Part shown: positions 12,546-23,370 of the stretch, piece after piece | Layout: every line of letters starts with the position of its first letter | How positions within the stretch are numbered: the first letter of the stretch is position 1 | From: Eledone cirrhosa | Taxonomy: Eukaryota | Length of the DNA stretch: 64,000 bases | Direction: 5' to 3' | Assembly (NCBI GenBank): GCA_964016885.1 | Contig: OZ024743.1 | Location: forward strand, 128,278,001 to 128,342,000 | Program-made: the position numbers and the translations under genes | Notes under the pieces: generated by a model | Told to the model about the DNA's origin: nothing | The model's input: only the letters and a program-made list of their open reading frames with translations | Database searches by the model: none

Positions 12546-13066
12546 AATATATATATATATATATATATACATACATATATATATAATTAATATAGAAATG
12601 GCTTCTACAGTTCCTGTAGAACCCATTTCTATATTAATTATTTATACTCTGCTATGTATTGAGTACCTTACTGTGGTTACCCCCAATTGAACCCGGGATA
12701 AACATATATATATAATTCAATTTAGGAAAGTCAGTTGAGTTGATCAGATGATCCACCGACTTATATATACCCATCCCACCCATGGCAACATAGAAAAAAA
12801 TTGCCTAGTAGGTAGTTAGAGTGTTGGGCTTACACTCTTAATTTCATGAGTTCAATTCCTGGACCAGATAGCATGATGTGCTCTTGAAAAATGCGCTTCA
12901 TTTCACTTGCTCCTGTCAACTCAGCGGAAAATGAGTAACAGCAGCAGCTGGGGTTTAACCCTGTCTTGTACTCTCAGTCATTTAAATGCCAATGAAACTG
13001 AAATAAACTTCAGCCTAATATATATATATATATATCATCATCATCATTTAACGACTATCTTCCATG

Positions 13067-13114
<48 letters not shown>

Positions 13115-14082
13115 GAATATCCAGTTGACTTTAACAAACATTGGGAAAATTTTTAATTTTAAATGTAGCCATCCAAATGTAAAATACTATAATAATAATA
13201 AATAATAATTGAGCAAAAGTTGATAAAGTAATCTTGGAAATGGAAACAAGTGGGCAAAAGTGCATGCGAAGAATTGAACTCTGCATATCTCAGATACTAA
13301 ACAAGTGCAGTAATTATTAAGTTAAGGGGTCCCAGGCCATGAATTGTGTGTTTGTGCTTATGTTTATGTTTACTGTTTATGTCCTGTAACTTAATGGTTG
13401 AACACAAAGAGATTGATAAAATAAGAACTTGACTTTAAAAAATATATTCTGGGGTCAAAACTATATCCCTTACCCACAGTTTAATGATTGAAACAAGTGA
13501 AAGAATAGTGTTTTTCATTAGAAATATGGTAACAAAATGGTTAACAGATTCAGCCCTGTCTCTAACTTAATTAAATTAGAAACAAAATTCATAGAAAATT
13601 AATAAGTTATTGGCTATCATTCAGTGTCAAGAGGAATTATCTATGAAAGCAATACATCAGTGTATAATTTCTTTGATTGTGTTGGGGAAATAATCACAGA
13701 GAGGCACCACATGTCCCTAATAGATATACATTAGTATAGCTTCCCAGATAGCCATTCCACCTGGTACAGCTCTAGTATCCAAAACAGCATTTAATAAAAC
13801 TTACACTAAGATAACATAGTCTTATTAGAATTTGAACTTTACATTTAAAACTAGAGAATTTGTACGGATCAAATAACAAAGATCAGTGAGTTAGAGCAGT
13901 GAGCAATTAGTCTTTTAGCATCCAATTCCAGTTAGGGTTACTGGGCTGGAAGGTATTTAACACCTGCTTTAGCTGGATTTGAACACAGCTCCCCTGTAGT
14001 GAGGGACATACAAAACACCAGATGTGTGTCTAACAATTAATTCATTATTTTATTGCAACGTCATATTAGAACTCTCTCTGTG

Positions 14083-14120
<38 letters not shown>

Positions 14121-14124
14121 CATA

Positions 14125-14392
14125 TATTGTTATACTTTGGGAGGGTCATGTTGCCAATAAGAAACACACGCACCAGTTGCTTTCACTCCAATTTATTATA
14201 AATTAAATTATAAATTTAAAAATTTATAAATTTCCGATTGGTTGGTTGGTTCCACAACCGAACGGTTGCTCATATATTGTCAAAGTTCTTTCGTCACACA
14301 TTCTGTGACCTCTTCAGTGACTGGGATTCTTTTCTTTGTTTTGTGCTTCTCCTTTGTTCTGTCCTACACCATCTTGTTTTTGTGTGTTGTCA
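14125..14392 (-). mobile_element. Solo PLE pLTR, same family as 11072-11870
   Basis: Reverse complement of ~11610-11868. Confidence 0.85.
14279..14321 (-). ncRNA. Type I hammerhead ribozyme (second copy of the 11683 motif)
   Basis: Minus strand: GTCA CTGAAGA g GTCACA-gaatg-TGTGAC GAAAG-aa-CTT TGAC. Confidence 0.7.
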
Positions 14393-14457
14393 TATACATA
14401 TACTTATATATATATAATATATATATATATCCTCATCATTACCTTCATATATATATA

Positions 14458-15731
14458 CAAGGTTTGTCAGAAAAGTTCCAGGACTGATGTCACAAAAGAT
14501 TTATTTCAAACCCAAACTTCACACTAAGAGTTTTCTCCTTCAAAGTAATCCCCATGGAGTATGTAACTGTAATCTTAGCTCTCTGCAGCAGTCAAACTTT
14601 TTTCCTCATAATTTTATATACATGTCCTCTGTTTCAGATCGCCAAGCAATGAGCACAGAGCAACGAACAAACTTGAAGCTTCTGGTACGGCTGGGGAAAA
14701 CTCTGCTGCAGCAAGTGTATGGAGATGAGACGATGTCACGCTCACGTGTTTTTGAGTGGTGCAAGAGGTTTAAAGAAGGACACGAGGACGTGGAAGATGA
14801 CCCCAGGAGCGGAAGACCCTCAACAACCAGGACTGAGGTGAACGTTGAGCGCGTCAGGCAGATGGTGCGTAGCGATCATCAGCTGACTGTTCGACTGATG
14901 GCAAATGAGCTGGGCATGAATTTGGACAGCGTCTGGAAGATTCTCACTGAAGATTTGCGCGAAGATGGTGCCAAAACTGTTGAATGATGACCAGAAGGGT
15001 CGACGCATGCAAGTGTACCAGGACATCCTCGAACGTCTTGAAACCGAACCAGACTTGCTAGGGACAGTCATCACCGGTGATGAGTCATGGATCATCAAGT
15101 ACGACCCGGAAACCAAACGCCAGAGCCTTCAGTGGAAGAGTCTGTCGTCGTCAAGGCCGAAGAAAGCACGACAGTCGAAGTCCAAAGTCAAGTTCATGTT
15201 GATCACATTCTTCGATGTGAGGGGGATCGTCCACTGCGAGTTCTTGCCACAGGGCCAGACGATCAACCAATATGTCTACAAAGAGATACTGCAGCGTTTG
15301 CTTTGTTCAGTGCGTGAGAAGAGGCGAGAGTTGTGGCAGGACAACTTGTGGCTGCTTCACCATGACAACACGCCTGCTCACAATGCCCTGAACATCCAAC
15401 AGTTCCTGGCCGAGAACATCGCCGTGTTGGAGCAACCGCCCTACTCCCCCGACCTGGCTCTGTGTGATTTTTACCTATTCCCCAAGCTCAAGGGGTCATC
15501 AAGGGGACCCGTTTTGAAGACGTGGACGACATCAAAAAGGCCTAGACGACGGAATTGCGGAGGATCCCGGAAGAATCCTTCCAGAAGTGCATGCAAGTAT
15601 GGCAGAAAAGGATGGAAAAGTGCATTAGACTCCAGGGTGATTACTTTGAAGGAGAAAACTCTTAGTGTGAAGTTTGGGTTTGAAATAAATCTTTTGTGAC
15701 ATCAATCCTGGAACTTTTCTGACACACCTCG
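14458..15731 (+). mobile_element. Full-length mariner transposon with ~103-bp TIRs and TA target duplication
   Basis: TIRs at 14458-14560 and 15629-15731, with TA on both sides. Confidence 0.92.
14649..15665 (+). pseudogene. Frameshifted mariner transposase
   Basis: HTH region EQRTNLKLLVRLGK..YGDETMSRSRVFEW..RFKEG..DDPRSGRP, then MVPKLL, TGDESW, HHDNTPAH, PYSPDLALCD and GDYFEG. Frameshifts at ~14960 and ~15495. The last two Asp are 33 residues apart, probably one codon lost from DD34D. Confidence 0.9.
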
Positions 15732-15807
<76 letters not shown>

Positions 15808-15810
<3 letters not shown>

Positions 15811-16230
15811 AAATGAAAATCCAAAGGCAAGGTAAAATTCTTTTAATCACATGTTTCAATAAGAGATAGATCGATTGTGAAGCCATGATGGGGGAATGAA
15901 TTCTGTGAGAGAACATCGTTATTTTTCTCCCTCATATCAAGAATTTGAAGACAATTCATTTTCACCTGATGAGATCAGTGATAATCGATCATGGCTTCAC
16001 AATTGATCTATCTCTTATTGAAATGTCTTGTGATTAAATGATTGGAATTTTACCTTGCCTTCGGATTTTCATTTTGATACTTATACTCCGTTTTACATCA
16101 TCTAGCTGATCCCTTGAATGGAATTGGAGATATACAAAAGCGTGGAGAACTTAATATTGCTAACAAAGTTATTGGACCATTTTACACAACCAATAATGCA
16201 CCATACTATATAACAACTATATATAAATAT
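15808..16230 (+). mobile_element. PLE terminal remnant with inverted duplication and a decayed HHR-like motif
   Basis: 15808-15890 is inverted relative to ~15988-16078; TCAC CTGATGA ... GAAAT GTC ttGTGA at 15962-16033. Confidence 0.45.
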
Positions 16231-16235
16231 ATAGA

Positions 16236-16565
16236 GGCACATGGCTTAGTGGTTAGAGCATTGGCCTTGCAATCGAAAGGTTGTGAGTTCAATTCTCAGA
16301 CCGGGTGATGTGTTGTTTCCTTGAGCAAGACACTTTATTTCACATTGCTCCAGTTTACACAGCTGTAGAAATGAGATGATAGGACTGGGGTCCCTATCAT
16401 TTCACTGCAAAGTGGTCATGGAGGTGCCACGGTAATAAAGCACCCACTCACTGTAAATGAGGTTGGTGTTAGGAAGGGCATCCAGCTGTAGAAATCAAGC
16501 CAGAATCAGTTCCCATCTCACTCTTGCAAGCAGGGAAAAAGCGGACGTAAAATGAAATGATGAAA
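16236..16565 (+). mobile_element. tRNA-derived SINE family B with RTE-type 3' tail
   Basis: A-box TGGCTTAGTGG, B-box GAGTTCAATTC, central CCTTGAGCAAGACACTTTAT, 3' CTTGCAAGCAGGGAAAA..GCGGACGTAAAATGA. Confidence 0.88.
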
Positions 16566-16602
16566 TATATATATATATATATCATCATTACCTTCATATA
16601 TA

Positions 16603-18889
16603 GCTATATGGCGGTGTCATATCCAAAGACTGGTGCAGCAGTATTCTCATAAATTGCTGTGGAGAGGAGCATTTACAGGAAGGTGTGGAGAAGAAAGGTC
16701 TGGAAGCTAAAAGACCTTTCACTAAAATACAAATTTAGGAAAGCCCTTCAAAATGTATATGACGAAAAAGAAGACGATTTAGAGACTATGACATAGATAA
16801 TAACTGGAATTTCTTACGTGACAACTTGCTGCAGGCTACTGATGAAATTTGTGGCTGGAGCAGAGCTCCAACCAGACAGAGAGTGACCTGGTGGTGGAAC
16901 AGCACAGTAGATAAGGCCATTAGAGACAAAATACTAGCATGGAAGGCTTGGAAAAAGGGTGGGAGTAGGGAAGAATATACAGCCACTAAGAGAGAAGCTA
17001 GACGTCAGGTGTACTTAGCACGCAGGGAGGCGGGGAGTAGGAGTTGCCAATGTTCTGCGACGGGAAGATCAGAGGTGTGCGGTGTTCCACATTGCAAGGT
17101 AGTGTGTCAATGCAAATCAGGATGCTGTTGGAGATAAATGTGTCCGGGATGATGCCGGTGTACTTAGTGTCATGAATGATCAGAAAAAAGAGGCCTGGAA
17201 ATGTCATTATGAGAGACTCATGAATCTGGAGAAAGAATGGGAGAGAGAGAAATTACCCTTAGTAGATCCGACAGAGGGACCAGCTATTGAGATTGATGAA
17301 TATAGGGTCCAAGAGGCGATTAAGGGAATGAAAAATGGTAAAGCTGCTGGACCATCGGGAATAGTTGCTGAGATGCTGAAGACATCAGGGGATGTAGGCA
17401 CTAAACTGGATGCACGCATCATCAATCAGGCTATATATGGTGGTGTCATACCCAAAGACTGGTGCAGCAGTATTCTTATAAATTGCTACAAAGGTAAAGG
17501 GGATGCTCTGGAGAGGAGCATTTATAGGGGTATAAAACTGATGGATCAGGTTATGAAAGTGGCAATAAAGATATTAGCGCAACTAATTAGAGAAGGGGTC
17601 AAACTAGATGAGATGCAGTTTGGTTTTGTGCCTGAGAAAAGTACAACAGATGCCCTCTTCTTAGTGAGGCAACTACATGAGAGATTCTTAGAGAAGAATA
17701 AGCTACCATACTTAGCTTTTGTTGACCTAGAGAAGGCCTTTGATAGGGTACCTCGATCTGTCATCTGGTGGTCCCTAAGGAAACTAGGTGTTGAGGAATG
17801 GCTTGTGAGGACAGTGCAAGCTTTGTACAGAGGTGCTGTCAGTAAAATGAGAATAGGAATGGAGTTTAGTGAGGAATTCCACATAAAATAGGAGTACATC
17901 AGGGTTCAGTCCTCAGCCCGCTCTTGTTCATTATAGTCCTCCAAACCATAACAGAGGAGTTTAAGACTGGCTGTCCATGACAAAAGTGTTGATGAGTAGA
18001 AGACAAAAGAGAAAAGTGTTGATGAGTAGAAAAGAGGACAAAACTCTGATTCCGTCAAGGAAATGGCCATGTTCGATATGCAGAAAAGGAACTGGCATAA
18101 ATTCTATAAAATGTACACAATGAAGATCTTGGGTACATAAGAGATGTAGTGGGATAGCAGGCAAACTAACAGGTAGGGAAAACTATGTATGCAGTAGATG
18201 TACAGGGAAAGTTGGCAGTAGTAATCACAGTGATAGACACATTTTTCCAATGCAGGTGGGTTCTACAGAAGTGGTTGATAGCTTCTGGTTACTAGGTGAT
18301 CAGATTAGCATGGGAGGGGGTGTTCCGATACCATAGTATCTAGAATAAGGATGGGTTGCAAGAAGTTTAGGGAGCTGCTTCCTTTGCTGATGAAGAAGGG
18401 TTTCTCCCTGCATACGAAAGGCCAGTTATATAATGCCTGTGTGAGGTGCGCGATGCTGCATGGTAGTGAGACATGGGCAGCAACTGCAGAGCTTATGCAA
18501 TGGCTGTTGAGAAATAAGGTGCGCATGCTCCGTTGGAGGTGCAATGTCAATGTGTGTGAATGACCGAGCATGGATGTGTTGAGAAAGAAACTGGGTATAA
18601 GAGGGATAAGTTGTAGTGTGCGGGAGAGAAGACTGCAATGGTATGGACATGTGATGCACATGGAGGATGACCGCTGGGTAAAGAAGTGCCAAGAAATCCC
18701 AGTAGAAGGAAGACATACTAGAGGAAGACCACGAAACACATGGGCGGAGGTGGTGAGAGCAGACCTCAGATTGCTGAAACTCACGGTGGAGATGACGAAG
18801 GACCGTGACAAGTGGAGAGATGGTGTGCTGAATAAGACCAGTCCCACCCTTGCAAGCAGGGAAAAGCGGACGCAAAATGATGATGATGA
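16603..18889 (+). mobile_element. RTE-clade LINE, 5'-truncated and decayed
   Basis: ORF 17172-17891 has KAAGPSGI, YKGKGD, YRGIKL, QFGF and FVDLEKAFD. The C-terminus has WYGHV..GRPR.TW, followed by a (GAT)n tail. Flanked by a direct repeat tatcatcattaccttcatatata. An internal deletion removes the YADD region. Confidence 0.92.
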
Positions 18890-18916
18890 TATCATCATTA
18901 CCTTCATATATACATA

Positions 18917-19170
18917 TATTTCCTTGAGCAAGAGACTTTATTTCACATTGCTCCAGTTTACTCAGCTGTAGAAATGAGATGATAGGGACTGGGGTCCATA
19001 TTCCACTACAAAGTGGTCGTGGAGGTGCCACGGCAAAAAAGCACCCAGCACTCACTGTAAACGAGGTTGGTGTTAGGAAGGGCATCCAGCTGTAGAAATC
19101 AAGCCAGAATCAGTTCCCGTCCCACCCTTGCAAGCAGGGAAAAGCGGACGTAAAACGATGATGATGATGA
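18917..19170 (+). mobile_element. SINE family B, 5'-truncated
   Basis: Body and tail homologous to 16236 and 56631. Confidence 0.85.
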
Positions 19171-19329
19171 TATATATATATATTATCCTCATCATCACCA
19201 CCATTTAACGTCTTATTTTTCATGCTTACATGGACAGGTTGTCTACGTCATGAGGCAAGTCTGGCCAGTTGGCTGCATTGTACCTTGCTCAAATGGAACT
19301 GCATTGTACCTTGCTTAAATGGAACTGCA

Positions 19330-19829
19330 TTTTGACCATATTGATTCAAAACAAATTTTTCCTCCAAATTGAAACCAGTATAATATTTACCTCCAAAGTA
19401 AAACTGTTATAATATTCACCTCCAAAGTAAAACTGTTATAATATTTACCTCCAAAGTAAAACTGTTATAATATTCACCTCCAAAGTAAAACTGTTATAAT
19501 ATTTACCTCCAAAGTAAAACTGTTATGATATTCACCTCCAAAGTAAAACTGTTATAATATTCACCTCCAAAGTAAAACTGTTATAATATTTACCTCCAAA
19601 GTAAAACTGTTATAATATTCATCTCCAAAGTAAAACTGTTATAATATCACCTCCAAAGTAAAACTGTTATAATATTCACCTCCAAAACGAAAATATTTTA
19701 GCATCTCATTTGAAGTTGGTGAAAATAAGTAAAATATTCACCCCAAATATAAGCTGACCCTCCCTTTCCCATTTTACCATCGATTTATTATTGTCACATA
19801 TTTCTCAGCTTATATATGAGTATATACAG
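19330..19829 (-). mobile_element. pogo/Tigger-like MITE remnant carrying an expanded minisatellite
   Basis: Ends 'cttatatatgagtatatacag|ta', the reverse complement of the start of the 57201 element. Confidence 0.6.
19359..19686. repeat. 29-bp minisatellite, ~11 copies
   Basis: Unit ataatatt(c/t)acctccaaagtaaaactgtt, head to tail with no spacers. Confidence 0.95.
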
Positions 19830-20198
19830 TATTTGGACAGGAGGTTTTAAAAAGCAGCTACTACAATAATGAAATGTAGTGGGTGGAGGGAATCATTAGA
19901 GTGTCGGACAGAATGCTTTGTGGCATTTGTTCTGCTCTTTGTATTCTGAATCCAAATATCCCTGAAGTCAACTTCACCTTCCATCCTTTCAAAGTTGATA
20001 GCGTACCAGATGATAGCTGGGGTCGATTCTTCCTCATTATATCTTTTTCACTTCATTTCTCTCGCTCTCTCTCTTATGCTCTGGAAGAGATTGGCTGGGT
20101 TCGAAGATGGAGATAGACGAGTTACACCATGTTTAAATACCTAAGACATGTTACATGTCACTACAACACTCCTATAACACCATCAGGAGTTATGTACC

Positions 20199-20284
<86 letters not shown>

Positions 20285-20318
20285 AGATTTGAATGGATAC
20301 AGTTTAGTTGAAAGGAAT

Positions 20319-20435
20319 TTATTGACACGTGTTTCTATAACAGTTACATAACCTAAAACAGCTATCTACAAACTTTTAGTTATGCAGACATTCAATATTT
20401 CAATGTTATTATTTACTGTCATTTCATCAGAATAA
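20319..20435 (-). ncRNA. Type I hammerhead with 88-nt branched helix II
   Basis: TTATT CTGATGA a ATGACAGT[...]ACTGTTAT a GAAAC-ACGT-GTC AATAA. Confidence 0.72.
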
Positions 20436-21025
20436 TATTACTGAGGACCTATTTAGTTTTTATAGAGAATATTAGGAGGAAGGGGTGAAGTTGTTAGAAG
20501 AATAGTTGAAGGAGTGGTTTTTCGATAGCAGTGAGAATTCTTGGTGGCAGTGATTAATTAGATTCCCATCTGTTGTTTTGACATTTTTTATAGAATATAT
20601 TATTGGTTATTTTTCTAAATCTATAGAAGGATTAGAGATAGTAAAGATATGCGTGGTTGGTTTTGTGTTTGCACTTAACATTCAGACTTCAATTTTTCTT
20701 TCAAGTGTACGTATTCTTTCACCCACGCATTCACACACAAATATATTTGCACACCTCTACAAAATACATATACTCACAATTCACATATTCATACTTACAT
20801 ATATATACACATGCATACACATATATATACACACATGTATTCATGTACATACATACGCGCTCATGTGTATACATTTTCATACTCAACTTATCTTTATATA
20901 TACACACGTATAGACACACACATATATACATACATACTCTAGTCCATGTGTACACACATACACATACATACACATCCATATACACATACATACATACACA
21001 TATATATATACATATATACATATAC

Positions 21026-21058
<33 letters not shown>

Positions 21059-21065
21059 CACATAC

Positions 21066-21114
<49 letters not shown>

Positions 21115-21383
21115 AGCACTTTAATACATGAATACACTTACATCTAACTATACACATCAAACATATATATATATTTACTTATTTATATACATTTTCACAT
21201 ATATATACATACTTATGGACGTTTTTAGACACATTCATTATCGCATATTTGTACCTATTCCCATCAGCATATCTTTTCATTATTAGTATGGTAATTTAAG
21301 GTTATTAATATATGTTGAAAAGAGATTGTTTTTATATTTTTCTAACTAGATTAAGGTTTATATAGTTGGGGGATGTCCCTCTT

Positions 21384-22680
21384 TTATGTAATATTCGGCT
21401 TGTAGTGGGAAAAAAGGGTTTTAGTTCTGTGACGGCAGAATAATGTTCGTTCAATTCTGTTATTCAGCAGTTTCTTCTTGTGTGTGATTATGTAATAAAT
21501 CTCAAGATTACACAATTTGCAGAAATTTTGGCTCCTGGAAAAGCTTTGGGTTTTAGCTAATTTTTCCCATTTTAGGGTAAACTTTTGATTGCTATCCCTG
21601 AGCGTCCAAGCTTTCTCTGCTAAAGTTGTTACATTTCTTTGGCTCTGGTGTTTTATTGAGTAAGAATGCCTATACAATCGAGATTTAAACGATGTTGCCG
21701 TTGATCCCACGTAATACCACTCGTTGCCTCCGGATTTAATGGTACACTTATAAATAATATTTTTTTCCAGGCAGTTATTGCCGAGGGGGCAGTTGTCAGG
21801 ATAGGTGCAGTTACAGTTGTGTACGTTGGGTTTTCTCTGGAGTAGTATTGCGGACGAACTTAGGTGTGGTTTATTTATGTTCTGTAGTGTATTGTCTACT
21901 GTTTTTTGGGGGTTCTTTGTACTTAAGTTCTTAGTGTTTTCGTTTAACCTTCTAGTATTGATCTTTTTTATGTGTTGTTCAAGGTTTAACGCTGTAGAGT
22001 ATGACAGTCTTATAGTGGTAGGGTTTAGGATTTTGTGGTATTTGTGTGATGTGGGAAAATGTCTTTTAATTATTTTAAAGAAGAGTACTGGTAAATTTGT
22101 ACTAATGGAGCTATTGTATTCGGGGTTATACCATAAGTACTCTTTGCATCGCTTTCTATTAGTTTTGTTTGTTGGTTTACTGGTGTGCATACTATGGTAG
22201 TAAGTGTGGTTTGGTGTTGTGTTATTATATCTACCTATGTGGGATTTATTTTGGGTGTTTTGATTGTTCCCATCTATGTACTCTATTTTGTTGAGGTAGC
22301 CTGCTTTACTAAGGGCGTTATCGTAGTACTCGGCGTGTTCCTTAAATACTTGTATGTTAGAAGATAGACCTGAGATTCTAAGGGAAATATTTTTAGGGAT
22401 AGATTTAATTATAGAGATGGGGTGGTTAGACCCAACATTTACGTATTTGAGATTTTCATTCAATTTATGAAACGGTTTAATCAAACCAGAGTTTAAATTG
22501 AGTGTGACATCCAGGAAGTTAACTACTTTAAGGTTGTATTCATATGTTATAGTTAGTCCTATTTCGAGTAGTAGTTTTCTTATATCTTTGCGTAGTTTTT
22601 CTAGTTTTTGGTTATTAAGGTTTTTAGCTAGGAGGAGAACATCGTCGCGGTATATTCCGCCGTGGAGATTGCTGAATTTT
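21384..22680 (-). CDS. PLE polyprotein C-terminal part: RT (YRDD) and thumb, Asn-rich linker, CxC-x5-C knuckle, GIY-YIG endonuclease
   Basis: GGIYRDD; VNFLDVTLNL; YVNVGSNHP; WYNPEY; NCNCTYPDNCPLGNNCL; IIYKC..YYVGST..FKSRLYRH; CKLCNLE; LLNNRIE..CRH. Open with no stops over ~430 codons. Confidence 0.88.
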
Positions 22681-22841
22681 ATATATATATACACATATAC
22701 ACACACATGGTAGACATAGATGCAATTCAATTCAATTCAAGCATTGGACATCATATTACTTCTTCAAAATAAGCATGACGGAAAATAATTAGAATGAAGA
22801 AAATGCGAAGGTGTACATGTTAGAGTCCTTTATTAATAAGG

Positions 22842-22938
22842 CTGTGATACATATTTCAATGATGATCATGGTCAATTGATTATAATCCCGATATTGGTTA
22901 AGTAATTACTTAACCAATATCGTGATTTCATCAGACAG
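22842..22938 (-). ncRNA. Type I hammerhead with 70-nt helix II containing a perfect 34-bp palindrome
   Basis: CTGT CTGATGA aat..att GAAAT-ATGT-ATC ACAG; palindrome at 22889-22922. Confidence 0.6.
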
Positions 22939-23152
22939 TAAAATTCAGTAAAAGGTTACGTTTCTGAGGCATTCTTGGATGCAAGGGAGTGGAATAGATA
23001 TAAACAATGGGAATGGCAACAGATGCAATAGTAACAGAGCAACAACAGCAATATAAATTACAAACAATAACAACAGCAACAATACCAATAATAGCAATAT
23101 CAACAACAACAATAGCAATAAAAATCACAAACAACAGCAACTATACCAATAA

Positions 23153-23370
23153 TAGTTTCTTATATAGGCACAAGGCCAGCAATTTGGGGGGGAGGGGAAA
23201 ATCGATTAAATTGACCCCAGTGCATGACTGGTACTTTATTTTATCGACCCTGTAAGGATGAAAGGCAAAGTTAACCTCGGCGGAATTTGAACTCAGATCA
23301 CAAAGGGCCGTAACTCTATGCTGCAAAGCATGGCATCCGATCCTCTACCGATACTGCCAATCCACCACCC
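23153..23370 (-). mobile_element. SINE family A inserted in a (CAA/CAG)-rich tract
   Basis: Homology to the 7299 copy. Confidence 0.85.

Larger units (their letters stand above)
20282..22680 (-). mobile_element. Penelope-like retroelement, Naiad-type, 5'-truncated, with long microsatellite-rich 3' region and HHR
   Basis: RT YRDD, FLDVTL and GIY-YIG domain, HHR at the 3' end, TA tracts on both sides. Confidence 0.88.

Noticed and set aside
16236-16310. tRNA gene calls at SINE heads (also 44101, 47938, 56631)
   Set aside because: A/B boxes are present but run into SINE bodies with no complete cloverleaf.
18305-19085. Long antisense ORFs over RTE copies (also 32668-33330, 44767-45363, 55778-56320, 63133-63612)
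   Set aside because: Shadow frames of RTE coding sequence with no independent domain signal.
19359-19686. 29-bp repeat array as a CRISPR
   Set aside because: Units are contiguous with no unique spacers, there are no cas genes, and the context is eukaryotic.
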